Assembly: GCF_006345805.1 (NCBI RefSeq) | Contig: NC_043002.1 | Coordinates: forward strand, 97,402,001-97,466,000 | Source: Octopus sinensis | Lineage: Eukaryota | Reading direction: 5' to 3' | DNA: 64,000 nt | Shown here: positions 39,811-53,665 of the stretch, in pieces | How positions within the stretch are numbered: position 1 is the stretch's first letter | Layout: each line of letters starts with the position of its first letter | Position numbers and translations under genes: made by a program | The notes under the pieces: model-generated | The model's database searches: none | What the model was told of the DNA's origin: nothing | What the model saw: only the letters and a program-made list of their open reading frames with translations

Positions 39811-40197
39811 TGCACCATGCTGTGGCAAGTGAAGGTCGACAATAGCTTTTTGTCTAATCGTCGTATATTTCATGCTCGTAGAGTAATAAATCAGGGACAG
39901 GGAAAATAAATACTTAGTAGTAATTGTACAATTATGTGACTAAGAATCTGGATAGCACTAATGCATCACAGCTGGCAACTGACAGAATATACGCACACGT
40001 ACACACTACACGCGCACAAAGACACACGTGTGTACATGTGTATAAGCATATGAATATATATATGTATATATATATATATGCATATATATATTTGTATATA
40101 TATATATATAATATATATATATATATGTATACGCATATATATGTGTATGCATATATATGCATATGTATATGTATGTATATATATATATTATATATAT

Positions 40198-40262
<65 letters not shown>

Positions 40263-40372
40263 GCATATATATGTATATGTATGTATATATATTATGTGTA
40301 TGCATGTATGTATATATGTAAGTATAAGCGCACGCAGATACGCGCATACATTGGAACGTGAAACACACACAC

Positions 40373-40471
<99 letters not shown>

Positions 40472-40472
40472 T

Positions 40473-40514
<42 letters not shown>

Positions 40515-40550
40515 CGACAGACAGACAGACAGGCAGACAGACAGACAGAC

Positions 40551-40625
<75 letters not shown>

Positions 40626-40697
40626 CAGACAAAGAGGTAGATAGACATGTAGATAGATACATAGACAGACAGACAGACAGATAGATAGATAGGCAGG

Positions 40698-40746
<49 letters not shown>

Positions 40747-41341
40747 GGTTGGTCGGTATGCAGGAGAGAAGAGAAAGAAAGTGATGTGTGAGTGCAAACA
40801 CTGGCAAGATGTTACCGAATATCTATAAATTATATAGATTTCTCAACAATCTATACTTCTTTAATCACCTTGTACTTAACAGTTGTATTTTATTACTCAT
40901 AGTTCTGTTGAGAAAGCTGGTGGCTGAACGGATAGGGTGTCAGATAACTAGCTGAGAGTTGATATCTTGTTAACGTCAATACTTAAGTGTACATCGTCAT
41001 GACATCTGAAATAATTTGAATAATTCTGAAATGCCCTTCAGTGTGATTTAGCCGAAAGTAGAACCCGCAATCGGTGGAAGCCTTGAATGATTCTAAACTG
41101 TGGCAAGCCCTCAAACTAGAAAGGTTTTGGTAATTTTTAAAGTCACAATGTCGTCAAACAAGAGGAGCGTGTTGCATCAGAGATGTCTGCGCAGACGTGG
41201 TTATGTGTAATGAAAAGCTAGATTCGCAGCCGCACGGTTTCGGGTTCAGTACCGCTGCGTGGAACCTTGGGTGTGTGTCTTCTACTATTGCCTCGGGCCG
41301 AACAAAGCAACGCGAGTGGATTTGGTAGACGGAAACTGAAA

Positions 41342-41693
41342 GAAGCCTGTCGTGTTTGTTTGTGCGTGTGTACGTGCGTGCGTGTGTACGTGCGTGCGTG
41401 TGTACGTGCGTGCGTGTGTACGTGCGTGCGCGCGTGTCTTTGTGTCTGTGTCCCTCGGCACCGTTTGAGAATCTGCGTTGGTGCATTTACGTCCGCGAAA
41501 CTCAGCGGTTCAGCAAAAGATCCCGATAGGCTTAAAAAAAATAATAAGTACTGGAGTCAATTCATTCGACTAAAATTCTTCGAAATGGTGCCCCAGGATG
41601 GCCGCAGTTTGACGACTGAAACAAGTACAAGTTAAAAGACAAAAAAAAAGTGCTAAGGTCAGAAAGAGAGACAGAACCACCAATGAAGAAATC
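41342..41693 (+). repeat. Local duplication, copy 1 (diverged SINE-A 3' half plus unique flank)
   Basis: Nearly identical to 46921-47223, including the non-SINE sequence GTGCTAAGGTCAGAAAGAGAGACAGAACCACCAATGAAGAAATCT. Confidence 0.9.
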
Positions 41694-43384
41694 TTACCAA
41701 GAGCAGTTTATAAATTTCTTGCTAGTGTAGGCACAAGGCCAGCAATCTTAGGGGAGTGATAAGTCTATTACATTGACTCCAGTGCTCAGTTAGTACTTAT
41801 TTTATGGACCCCGAAGGATGAAAGGCAAAGCTGACCTTGGCGAAATTTGAACTCAGAACGGAAAGCCGATAGAATGCCGTCAATCAATTTTTTCCGGCGT
41901 GATAACGACTCTGCCAAGCTCGCAACCTTCGATCAGATTGTCAATTAGTTTCAAATTTTGGCACAAGGCCAGCAATTTCGGGGCAGGGCGGAAGTTGATT
42001 ATATCGACCCAAGTGCTCAACTGGTACTTATTTTATAGACCCTGAAATGATGGCAGGTATACTCGACCTCGGTAAAATTAGAACACAAAACGTAAAGACA
42101 GATGAACCGCCGCTACGCATTTTACGCGGCGCAGTAGCCATTTTGCTAGCTAACCGCCTTCGAACAGATTCTAAATTATTTACAAATATTGCTAAGCAGC
42201 GCGAACTCCCCTTTTCAGGACATATATTGCGCATACGAAACAAAATGCGGAAATACTAATGTTTTAAGAAGAGAAAGAGGGGAAGAACACCGGAAACCCA
42301 GTGAAAAATATTCAAAGATGATCCATTGGACTTACACATCATTTAGCAAAAAGGTGGAATAGTTACTGACAACAGAAGCCAGTAGAGAAAACTTACTGAC
42401 CAGTATGTTATTTAGCACAGAATGACCTGAGGATTGTAACTCTTTGTAACTTGGCAGAACCCGAGTTCAATTCCTTCTATGATTGCGATGTTACTCCAAT
42501 ACTGAACGTCTTACAAGAGAATCCTTCAGTCGTGTTATCCAACTTCGTTATTGGGTTTAGAATCTGGTTGTAATTATAGGCCATATGTGTGTGTTCGTTG
42601 TTCAGTAACTTTCTCTAGCTGGAAACATCAGATACAAGCACTCACAAGCAGGTGGGCAGATTTCAAAAATACCCAGAAGATAAGATTCTTAATTGGACTC
42701 AACTATATTCTCACTACAAATTCCATCGATGAGAAACCAGCAACTGAGTTAGAATTCGGCCGAGGTAAACAATACCTGTCGGTAATTACAGTAAATATTG
42801 TGCTGTCCACTCAAGCAACTGCCGTACTGACCACTGTACAAATATATTGTTTTCATATTTTGGCACAAGGCCAGTAATTTTGGGAGCGGATGTAAGACGA
42901 TTACATCGACCTCAGTGATCAGGTGGTACTTATTTTATCGACTCTGAAAATATAAAACGCAAAATCGCCTTCGGCAGAATTTGAACTCAGAACGTAAAGG
43001 CAGACGAAATAACACTAAGCAATCTTCCCGGAGTGTTAACGGTTCTGTCAGCTCACCACCTTCCACTGTACAACTTCAATACCAATTACACTATCCACTG
43101 CACTAATACTGTATGTATTGTTGTCATACCACTGTATTCATCGCTATACGACGACTGCACTAATCATTATACTGGCCAATAGAAAGTACTGTGTCAACAA
43201 ATCTACTATGATAATTTTCTACTAATAAATCGTTTACTAGACTACTAATAACACGGTAATACTTGCTAATCAACGACCTCAGCATTTCTAAAGAAGGCCA
43301 TGGCAATTTGGTATTCGGCAGTATAACGAAAGACAAAACTTCTACGAAACAGACTTATACATCACGTTTGCTCCGCTTGAACGA

Positions 43385-43762
43385 CAATAAAGCATTACAA
43401 ATGTCGTGGCACTCCGTCGGTTTCAACGATGTGGGTTCCAGTTGATCCGATCAACGGAACAGCTTGCTCGTGAAATTAACGTGCACGTGTCTGTGGAGTT
43501 CTCTTAACGTAATTCTCGGGGTGATTCAGCGTGACACAGAACGTGACGAGGCTGGCCCCTTTGACCTACAGGTACAACAGATACAGGAAGAAAGAGCGAG
43601 AGAAAGTTGTGGTGAAAGGGTACAGCAGGATTCGCCACCACCCTCGCCCGGAGCTTTAGGTGTTTTCGCTCAATAAATGCTCACAACGCCCGGACTGGGA
43701 ATCGAAACCGCGAGCCTACGACCGCGAGTCAACTGCCCTAACCATTGGGTCATTGCGCCTCC
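43385..43762 (-). mobile_element. SINE-C with tail type 1
   Basis: Reverse copy of the 49017-49392 type. Confidence 0.85.
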
Positions 43763-43954
43763 ACTATAACAAATGTAGGTTACAAAGATTTACAAATATA
43801 CAAATTTTGTCAAATCTCCTTCCTCTGTATGGCCAGGATATAATTCAGCCTTGCTTAATTGGTGACCAATGAGGAAATTTCACAACGGATTATTTGCACA
43901 GAGTACAAGTAAGACGCATCTTCGTATCTGAGATATTGTTGCTGTTGATCCGAC

Positions 43955-44330
43955 ATCTCTCTCTATATAAACGGCAGTTTGTCTGTGTGTGTTTCTGTGT
44001 GTCTGTTTTCTCGTACCCTCACTCTGACCACGGCTTTCAACCGATTCTGATGAAACTTGACACACACATAGCCCAATGTCATAATTCAAAACTAACGCAG
44101 CGAAAATTTTGAAAAGTTCCTCCAGTTCTGAAAAAAATCGATAAATTCGACATGGGGTCGAGAATCAGAAACCCAAACCACAGACCGTCTAGGGGATGCA
44201 ACTCCACCTTTTTTAACTCTCAAAAAAAATTTACCATAATTTTTTTTCCATTTTTTGGCTATAACTCTCTAAAAATGCTTTATAGTTATTTCCCTTACAA
44301 ACCTGAGCAACGCCGGGCGATACTGCTAGT
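43955..44330 (-). mobile_element. HINE/Helentron-like non-autonomous element
   Basis: Minus strand starts ACTAGCAGTATCGCCCGGCGTTGCTCAGG and ends ACAGACAAACTGCCGTTTATATAGAGAGAGAT. Confidence 0.7.
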
Positions 44331-44429
44331 ATATTATATAACCGAGACCACATCCACAGCAGGGTTCTACGCAACACTGCCAATTATTCATTCAATAATA
44401 CAATACACTACAATCACTACCACACAGAT

Positions 44430-44970
44430 GGTTTCTTCTCTCTCCCTCCCACCGTCTTCGTCTCTCTTTCTCTTTCTCCCTCCTCCCTCTTTCTCTTTCT
44501 CTCCCCTCCCTCTCTCTTTCTCTTCCTCTCTCCCTCCTTCTCTCTTTCTTTCTTTTTCTCCTTCCTCCCTCTTTCTCTCTCTTTCTCCCTTCCTCCCTTT
44601 TTCTCTCTCCCTCTTTCTCTCTCTCTCGTTCTCTCTTTCTCTTTCTCCCTCCTTCCCTCTTTCTCTCTTCTCTCTCCTTCTTTATCTCTTTCTCTCTCCA
44701 TATTTATCTGTTTCTCTCCCTCTTTTTGTTTCTTTCTCTCTTTCTATCTCTCTCTCTTTCTCCCTCCTACTTTCTCTCTGCCTCTTTCTCTCTTCCTCTT
44801 TCTTTATCTCTCTCTTTCCTTCTCCTTATCTCTCTCCCTACCTCTTTCTCTCTATTTCTCCCTCCCTCTTTCTCTCTTTCTCATTCTCTCTTTCTCCCTT
44901 CCTCCCTCTTTCTCTCTTTCTCTTTCTCCCTCCCTCTCTCTCCTCTTCCTCTCTCCCTCTTACCCTTCTA
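44430..44970. repeat. Degenerate polypyrimidine (CT-rich) tract
   Basis: Read directly from the sequence. Confidence 0.95.
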
Positions 44971-45355
44971 TAGTTAATCCACCAAAACCAACTCCTCCGG
45001 TCTAGCCTGCAGCATACATTTCTCACCTGGGCTGCCTCTACAACACAGTCCATTCTCCATTTATCATCGGGTATTGCGCGTCTACCTTAAATATTTCCTC
45101 CTGTTCTCTACTCCCCATACTTCATTTCAATCAAAATTTCCCCCCCACCCATTATTTCCTTCCTTAAATCGACTAATAGATACCAAGCTGAACACCAATC
45201 TTATTGATCTCGAGTGGGGGGGGGGAGTGAGGGCTAACTAACTGACTGACTTATAAAACACTATCAGAATTTTACTTCGAATATTATCTCAACACAGTAA
45301 AATTTTCAGCTTCCATCTTCGTCTTCGTTAATATCAACAACAGCAACAACAATAA

Positions 45356-46849
45356 CAACAACATCTCTACAGCATGCAATGTGTTATTTAGGCCTTTTGT
45401 TCTTTAGTCATTAACCTATATGTGCCAGCATAAATCTAAAGTGTCATCAAAACAAACATTAACAAAACAAATCTCTACAGCATGCAATGTGTTATTTAGG
45501 CCTTTTGTTCTTTAGTCATTAACCTACATGTGCCAGCATAATCTAAAGTGTCATCAAAACAAACATTAACAACAACTCTCTACAGCATGCAATGTGTTAT
45601 TTAGGCCTTTTGTTCTTTAGTCATTAACCTACATGTGCCAGCATAAATCTAAAGTGTCATCAAAACAAACATTAACAACAACATCTCTACAGCATGCAAT
45701 GTGTTATTTAGGCCTTTTTTCTTTAGTCATTAACCTACATGTGCCAGCATAAATCTAAAGTGTCATCAAAACAAACATTAACAACAACATCTCTACAGCA
45801 TGCAATGTGTGATTTAGGCCTTTTGTTCTTTAGTCATTAACCTACATGTGCCAGCATAAATCTAAAGTGTCATCAAAACAAACATTAACAACAACATCTC
45901 TACAGCATGCAATGTGTTTTTAGGCCTTTTGTTCTTTAGTCATTAACCTACATGTGCCAGCATAAATCTAAGTGTCATCAAAACAAACATTAACAACAAC
46001 ATCTCTACAGCATGCAATGTGTTATTTAGGCCTTTTGTTCTTTAGTCATTAACCTACATGTGCCAGCATAAATCTAAAGTGTCATCAAAACAAACATTAA
46101 CAACAACATCTCTACAGCATGCAATGTGTTATTTAGGCCTTTTGTTCTTTAGTCATTAACCTACATGTGCCAGCATAAATCTAAAGTGTCATCAAAACAA
46201 ACATTAACAACAACATCCTACAGCATGCAATGTGTTATTTAGGCCTTTTGTTCTTTAGTCATTAACCTACATGTGCCAGCATAAATCTAAGTGTCATCAA
46301 AACAAACATTAACAACAACATCTCTACAGCATGCAATGTGTTATTTAGGCCTTTTGTTCTTTAGTCATTAACCTACATGTGCCAGCATAAATCTAAAGTG
46401 TCATCAAAACAAACATTAACAACAACATCTCTACAGCATGCAATGTGTTATTTAGGCCTTTTGTTCTTTAGTCATTAACCTACATGTGCCAGCATAAATC
46501 TAAAGTGTCATCAAAACAAACATTAACAACAACATCTCTACAGCATGCAATGTGTTATTTAGGCCTTTTGTTCTTTAGTCATTAACCTACATGTGCCAGC
46601 ATAAATCTAAAGTGTCATCAAAACAAACATTAACAACACATCTCTACAGCATGCAATGTGTTATTTAGGCCTTTTGTTCTTTAGTCATTAACCTACATGT
46701 GCCAGCATAATCTAAAGTGTCATCAAAACAAACATTACAACAACATCTCTACAGCATGCAATGTGTTATTTAGGCCTTTTGTTCTTTAGTCATTAACCTA
46801 CATGTGCCAGCATAAATCTAAAGTGTCATCAAAACAAACATTAACAACA
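45356..46849 (+). repeat. Satellite-like tandem array: 14 x 107 bp
   Basis: (A/C)TCTCTACAGCATGC (one unit ATCCTACAGCATGC) recurs at 45363, 45471, 45576, 45683, 45789, 45896, 46001, 46108, 46215, 46320, 46427, 46534, 46640 and 46745. Units differ mainly by 1-2-nt indels. Confidence 0.97.
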
Positions 46850-46920
46850 GCATAAACATAAATCACAAGAGCACAAGAATGGTAGCAATAACAAGATCAT
46901 TATCGGTCACATGAACAATG

Positions 46921-47223
46921 AAGCCTGTCGTCTTTGTTTGTGCGTGTGTGCGTGCGTGCGCGCGTGTCTTTGTGTCTGTGTCCCTCGGCACCGTTTGAGA
47001 ATCTGCGTTGGTGCATTTACGTCCGCGAAACTCAGCGGTTCAGCAAAAGATCCCGATAGGCTTAAAAAAAATAATAAGTACTGGAGTCAATTCATTCGAC
47101 TAAAATTCTTCGAAATGGTGCCCCAGGATGGCCGCAGTTTGACGACTGAAACAAGTACAAGTTAAAAGACAAAAAAAAGTGCTAAGGTCAGAAAGAGAGA
47201 CAGAACCACCAATGAAGAAATCT
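46921..47223 (+). repeat. Local duplication, copy 2
   Basis: See 41342-41693. Confidence 0.9.
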
Positions 47224-47973
47224 ATAGCACAAGCACACACGCCAAGACCATCAGTGAGGTAATTACTAAGATATAGTCACACTAGGCCGTAGCAGCAGCA
47301 AAAGACGTACAACGAAATCAAATAACAACCTGAAAGTCCTTAAACCCAGAAACAAACGTAGAGAGAAAGCGACGTTGAAGATAAGTGATAAATGGCAGAT
47401 ATTTAATGAGAATTTGTCTGTCTCAACGGTTACAGTATATAGTTACATGTATATGGCGAGATACGAATGTATGGCTGCTTTAAGATATATTATTACATAG
47501 CTTCGATATCCATCACTTGTATGTCAAAAACAATGCTTCTGATATTCCATTAAAATATTTTCCCGTATTTTACTTCATTGCAAAGTAAATGATTTTGATA
47601 TTTTAATATTGTTAGACAAGGAAATGGCTGAGTAAACGCCAGCACAAATGCCTTCAAGTACTGACAGTATATCTTTACGTTCTGAGTTCGAATATTGTCG
47701 GAACATAATACACCAGTCACCTTTCTGGCCTTTAAGCAAAAATAAATCATCGAAAATGCACTGATTTCCATTGAAATCTTTCGTATCACTTTAGAAACAC
47801 CCGTTTACATTATTATTATTATTCATTTATCGCTAGGAGTTAGCAGCTTATTAAGATGATATATCCTATAATGGAATAGTAGTATTATCAAACAAGAGAG
47901 AGGCTTCTGCCAGCTGTGAGAGAGAATAAATGATAGATCTAGCCAGGTTTCGATCCTTTTGTCGACGTTATTT

Positions 47974-48152
47974 CTGTGTGGTAACTAGCTTGCTTACGAA
48001 CCGCATGGTTCCGGGTTCAGTCCCACTGAGTGGCACCTTGGGCAAGTGTTTTCTACTATAGCCCCGGGCCGGCCAAATCCTTGTGAATGGATTTGGTAGA
48101 TGGAAAGTGTAAAAAGGCCTTCGTATATATGTATATATATATATATATATAA

Positions 48153-48188
<36 letters not shown>

Positions 48189-48415
48189 TGTATGTGCGTG
48201 TATATGTTTGTGTGTCTGTGTTTGCTCCCCCAACATCGATTGACAACCGATGCTGGTGTGTTTACGTCCCCGTAACTTAGCGGTTCGGCAAAAGAAAGAC
48301 CGATAGAATAAGTACTAGGCTTACAAAGAATAAGCACTGAGGTCGGTTTGCTCGACTAAAGGCGGTGCTCCAGCATGGTCACAATCAAATGACTGAAACA
48401 AGTAAAAGAGTAAAA
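47974..48415 (+). mobile_element. SINE-A, full copy
   Basis: Family head, internal microsatellite and tail. Confidence 0.9.
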
Positions 48416-49016
48416 GAGCTACCTCGCGTTCTAAAATCGTTTGAATAACAATTTTTGTTGGACGAAATGGAGAAACACATACGATGATTACAGGCCTTCC
48501 TAGATTTGTGTCATTATATAACAAACTAATGCTGAACTAAAGGCGGCGCATTTGTAGAATCATTGGTGCGTCAGACAAAATGCCAAACTACATTTCTTCG
48601 AGTTCTTTACAACCTAAAAAGATCAAATCCCACTAACATCAGCTTTACTTTTCATCCCTTCGGGGTTCATCAAATAGGGTACAAGTCAAGTACTGGGGTA
48701 GATGCTATCGACTTGTTCCTTCCCATCAAAACTGCAATGGGCCGACATCTCGCTTAGGAGAATATTGTGATCTCGGTCTCTTACACCATGGGAACCGAGG
48801 CTCAGCCAAAAGATCTGAATGGTAATGCGTGTAGAAACTAAACATGGATATAAAGGAGTTTTAATACGTAGAAGTTTGAGAGAATTCTGAGTTTAGAGCG
48901 AGTAATTGCGGGGAACGACAGATACATGAAAAGGAGAGAAAGCAAAGAACGGGCAAAGGGATTTGGCACAAAGTTAAAGAACTTTCAGAGGAGTAAGAGC
49001 TACTGTGAAAACGTGT

Positions 49017-49392
49017 AGGCGCAATGGCCCGGTGGTTAAGGCAGCGGACTTGGGGTCATAGGATCGCGGTTTCGATTCCCAGACCCGGCGTTGTGAGTGT
49101 TTATTGAGCGAAAACACCTAAAAGCTCCACGAGGCTCCGGCAGGGGATGGTGGTGATCCCTGCTGTACTCTTTCACCACAACTTTCTCTCACTCTTACTT
49201 CCTGTTTCTGTTGTACCTGTATTTCAAGGGGCCGGCCTTGTCACTCTCTGTGTCACGCTGAATATCCCCGAGAACTACGTTAAGGGTGCACGTGTCTGTG
49301 GAGTGCTCAGCCACTTACACGTTAATTTCACGAGCAGGCTGTTCCGTTGATTCGGATCAACGGAACCCTCATCGTCGTAACCGACGGAGTGC
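49017..49392 (+). mobile_element. SINE-C with tail type 1; a further minus copy lies at about 52605-52905
   Basis: tRNA-like head, core and tail. Confidence 0.9.
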
Positions 49393-49559
49393 TTCCTCAC
49401 TGTGAAAACGATACAGAAAAGAAACTATGCTTGTCTTTATAGTGTTGGTGAGCGAATATATCAGTTGAATAAAGTCGTTTAATTCTTATGCAGACTCGGG
49501 TATTTGTTTGCCTGTAGCATGAAAATCTACGTTATAAGTGGGGATGCTGAATAGATTCT

Positions 49560-49753
49560 GGCTTTAAGGATGTCGCGAAAGGCCTGGTTGGAGGCCCAAA
49601 CTTCCGAGTTCTTTTACAGGACTTAGAAAATCTGAAGGACCATTGCAACAAGTGTGTGAATCTGAGAGGGGAATATGTTGAATAAAATCATAATTAACTG
49701 ATCCTCCTGTATTTTCTTTTACCCAAAGCCAGGAACTTTTAATCACCCCCTCG
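49560..49753 (+). mobile_element. Mariner 3' end remnant
   Basis: KDHCNKCVNLRGEYVE* is followed by the TIR CCAGGAACTTTTAATCACCCCCTCG-TA. Confidence 0.8.
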
Positions 49754-49790
49754 TATATATACATGCGTGTGTGTGCGTGTGTGTGTGTGC

Positions 49791-49842
<52 letters not shown>

Positions 49843-50477
49843 AACTCTTCATATTCTTTTATATTCTTTGATTTCAATGTGAAATTTCTAATCCCACCAC
49901 ACATTGTGGTGAGATTGTTACCTCCCTTTGTGTTAACGTTCATCTAGAGGGCGCTACACGTATGTGGCATTATGAGAGATTGTGGGGACCGAACATTTCT
50001 ATCAACTTTGAAGTCGTGTGCTTTTACATGTGTAGAGGTAATATAATTCATGATCGTTACATGTAGGGATTAAGTGTGAGGAGTTTTTGTCCATGGAAAT
50101 CGTACAAACTTGAAGTCTATATCACATATGAGAAAAACACTTGTCCTGAAAGGTTGATAGTGGAATCTATAACTATGACCTACACCCGATGACATATATT
50201 CATACATTGTTTTCGAAAAAAAACTAAGGTCGCAAAATGATCACCCTGGATCTTATATCCATATGTTAATTTTCCTTTAATCTACTTAAAACTTCCTTTC
50301 GGAATATGCACCCCTGAAACTGGGTGCATTTAATTCACCCATGTATCTTTTATGCCAAAAAATATAACTATATTGATACTGTTCCTCTCTTTTACAATAA
50401 AACAATGAATAGTATATTAAGTTGTACTATACCAATAATAGTTTGTGAGATATCTATCAGAAGTTTAATATTATTTC

Positions 50478-51306
50478 TTTATTGCCCACAGTGGGCTAAA
50501 CACGTAGGGGACAAATAAGGACAGACGAACGGATTAAGTCGATTATATAGACCCCAGTGCGTAATTTGTACTTATTTAAGCGACCCACAAAGGATGAAAG
50601 GCAAAGTCGACCTCGGTGAAATTTGAACTCAGAACGTAACGGCAGACGAAATACCTATTTCTTTACTACCCACAAGGGGCTAAACACAGAGAGGACGAAC
50701 AAGGATAGACAAACGGATTAAGTAGATTACATGGACCCCAATGCGTAACTGGTACTTAATTTATCGACCCCGAAACGATGAAAGGCAAAGTCGACCTCGG
50801 CGGAATTTGAACTCAGAACGTAACGGCAGACGAAATACGGCTGCGCATTTCGCCCGCGTGCTAACGTTTCTGCCAGCTCGCCGCCTTTCAGTAGTTTAAT
50901 ATTCTTTTCTATTTTGTCACAAGGCCCGAAATTTTGGGGGAAGGGGACCAGTCGATTAGATCGACCCCTGTACGCAACTGGTACATAATTTATCGACTGC
51001 AAAAGGATGAAAGGCAAAGTCGACCGCACTGGAATTTGAACTCAGAACGTAAAGACCCACGAAATACCTATTTCTATTTCTTTACTACCCACAAGGGGCT
51101 AAACACAGAGAAGACAAACAAGGACAGACAAACGGATTAAGTTGATTATATCGTCCCCAGTGCGTAACTGGTACTTGATTTATCGACTCCAAAAGGATGA
51201 AAGGCAAAGTCGAGATCAGCGGAATTTGAACTCAGAACGTACCGGCAGACGAAATACGGCTGCGCATTTCGCCCGGCATGCTAACGCTTCTGCCAGCTCG
51301 CCGCCT
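50478..51306 (-). mobile_element. Two adjacent SINE-B dimers
   Basis: Heads end at about 50885 and about 51306, with four body units. Confidence 0.9.
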
Positions 51307-52204
51307 TTCAGAAGTTTAATATAACAAAAGAAATATGGGGCATAAATATATGAATTAGCTGTAAAAAAGTAGAATTCACGAGTTAGCTTATGTGAAGAAC
51401 TGAATCAAAATGCATTGGATTAAATAAACAGACATCACGAAAACAACAAAGAAACCTACACCTGTAAATATATAAGCCAGATCAGTACCCTAATATATAA
51501 TCAAACAGTATTTTATTTATTGCTTTGAAACTTAAAGCAACAAGATGGCATAATTGTTATCACATCGGACATAATTGTTTAGCGTCAGTTCTTCCCGTTT
51601 TATGTTCTGAGTTCAAATTGCACCGAGGTCAGTTATGCTTTTCATCCTTACGGGATCAATAGAATAAAGTGCCAGTTGAGCAGGGCAGTCGATGTAATCG
51701 ACAATCGTTATCCCGCCAAAATTCAGCTTTTGTACCTGCAGTAGAAAGAACTAATTATTTTGTGCTTATTAACTTCACAACTTATCTGAGATCTGAGACA
51801 ATTTCTCTTTCTAAACGTCACTAAATTCCATAACTTTTCAGTAATGGATTTAAACTACATCGAGTACAATTGATCTCAAAGTTTCACTAATATTCTTAAA
51901 ATCCCCTACCGAGTCCCTTGAAGATCTTCGTGCTAACCTTAGACTTGGATTCCAAACTAAATCAAAATATGTTTCTATTGATTTGTAACATTGGCAAGAA
52001 GCCAGCACTTTGTAAAAGCATAGGTATTGTCGATTAGATTGATTCCATTATGTTTAATAAAGAAACAGAGGGAGAAACCAGGAAGGAACAATCGATTACA
52101 GTCTTAGCCAAAATAGCCTATATATATATATATATAATCATGTGTGTATGTATGTATATCTTTCTGCATATATGTCTATAATAGGTATGCATGCATCTTT
52201 TTTA

Positions 52205-52240
<36 letters not shown>

Positions 52241-53665
52241 CTCTAACAGATCTGGAGCTTTTATTCACTGGTAATAAAAAAAGAGACTGCGCACGTACTT
52301 CACAGAAGGTCTAAGAGACTGATTTTAGTGACAATAGTCACATATTAAACCATATAAGGAGGGGAGACCCAACGGCAAGACATTATGATATTATTCATAA
52401 AGACTCTGAGATAATAGCACTTGATCTTCCTCTCAGTGCAAAACGATGTCGATCTCTGATAGAAATGAGGAAACTATCCAAATAGAAAGGCAGGCCAATA
52501 GAAATATCCGGAAAGTGGGAAGTAAAAATTGAAAATGTCTCCCAAATAGGTGTCTTGATAAGAATTGGTAAAAGATGATATAAAAATATTGTTTAATATC
52601 GTAACACTCCGTCGGTGACGACAGCGAGTGGTACAGTTGATACGATCAACGGAACAGCCTGCTCGTGAAAACGGGTAAGTGGCTGAGCACTCCACAGACA
52701 CGGGTACCCTTAACGTAATTCTCGGGGGAGATTCAGCGTAACACAGAGTGTGACAAAGATGGCCCTTTAAAATACAAGTACAACAGAAACAGGAAGAAAG
52801 AGTGAGAGAAAGTTGTCGTGGAAGAGTACAGCAGGGTTCGCCACCACCCACTGCCAGAGCATCGTGGAGCTTTAAGTGTTTTCGCTCAGTAAACCACGAT
52901 CCCTAAATGTTGCCAGCAAATAAATTACGGCGAAAGAATATAGCAAGAATATCACAACCTGATTGTTGTAAAGCCACTGTTGTATCTGTCTTTGTTCGAC
53001 GGTTGTCACTCTGACAGATATTGTTATATTTCAAAGTGGTTGATAGAAGTGTTCCCAGGTGGCACTTTACGATCCCCAATCGTACTGTGTTATTCTCCTC
53101 AAAAGACTGGATCGTTATAACGTCCACTCAGTATCACAGCATAATTACTATATCAGCACAGACACGACTCTCAACACAGTCTAGCACATACTTCTCGTGC
53201 TCTACGTACTCGCTCGATACCGGCCGACGTCACCTTACTCGTAGTGACTGGTTCATTCCACTCGTCACGTGGGAGGGGTGTACCATTATTACTAATTCTC
53301 TACGACACTAATAAACAGTCTATTTCCTACATAGCATAATCACATGATCGACCAGACAATTGGATGTTGTTATGCAACGCTGATCACGGTGCGCTTTGCA
53401 TCGTTTTAGCTTTCGAAAGATGCCACCCTTCACTGGCTACGTGAGCTGTCGAAGATTACTCCCTATCGGAAGATTAATCCACCGCATGGTTACAACTGAG
53501 TGGACTGGCGCAACGTGAAACGAAGTATCTTGCTCAAAAGCATAATGCGCTGCTCGGTCTGAGAATTGTACCCACGATCGCTATATCGTGAGTGCAATAT
53601 CCTAACCACTTATTCACGTGCCTTCATAACATATATTCATGAAAAACATGTTAATTTTATAGTAT

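Noticed and set aside
42618-42766. Possible plus-strand exon (TCTCTAG...GAG/GTAAAC)
   Set aside because: The frame is open but I recognise no protein similarity, and such sites are expected by chance in 64 kb.
44152-44973. 273-aa Leu/Ser/Phe-rich ORF
   Set aside because: It reads through a HINE end and a CT-rich tract and has no coding character.
45356-46849. CRISPR-like array
   Set aside because: Units are contiguous and nearly identical with no unique spacers, and the context is eukaryotic.
49017-49090. SINE heads as genuine tRNA genes
   Set aside because: Only the A and B boxes are retained, the acceptor stem is absent, and each head continues into a SINE body.
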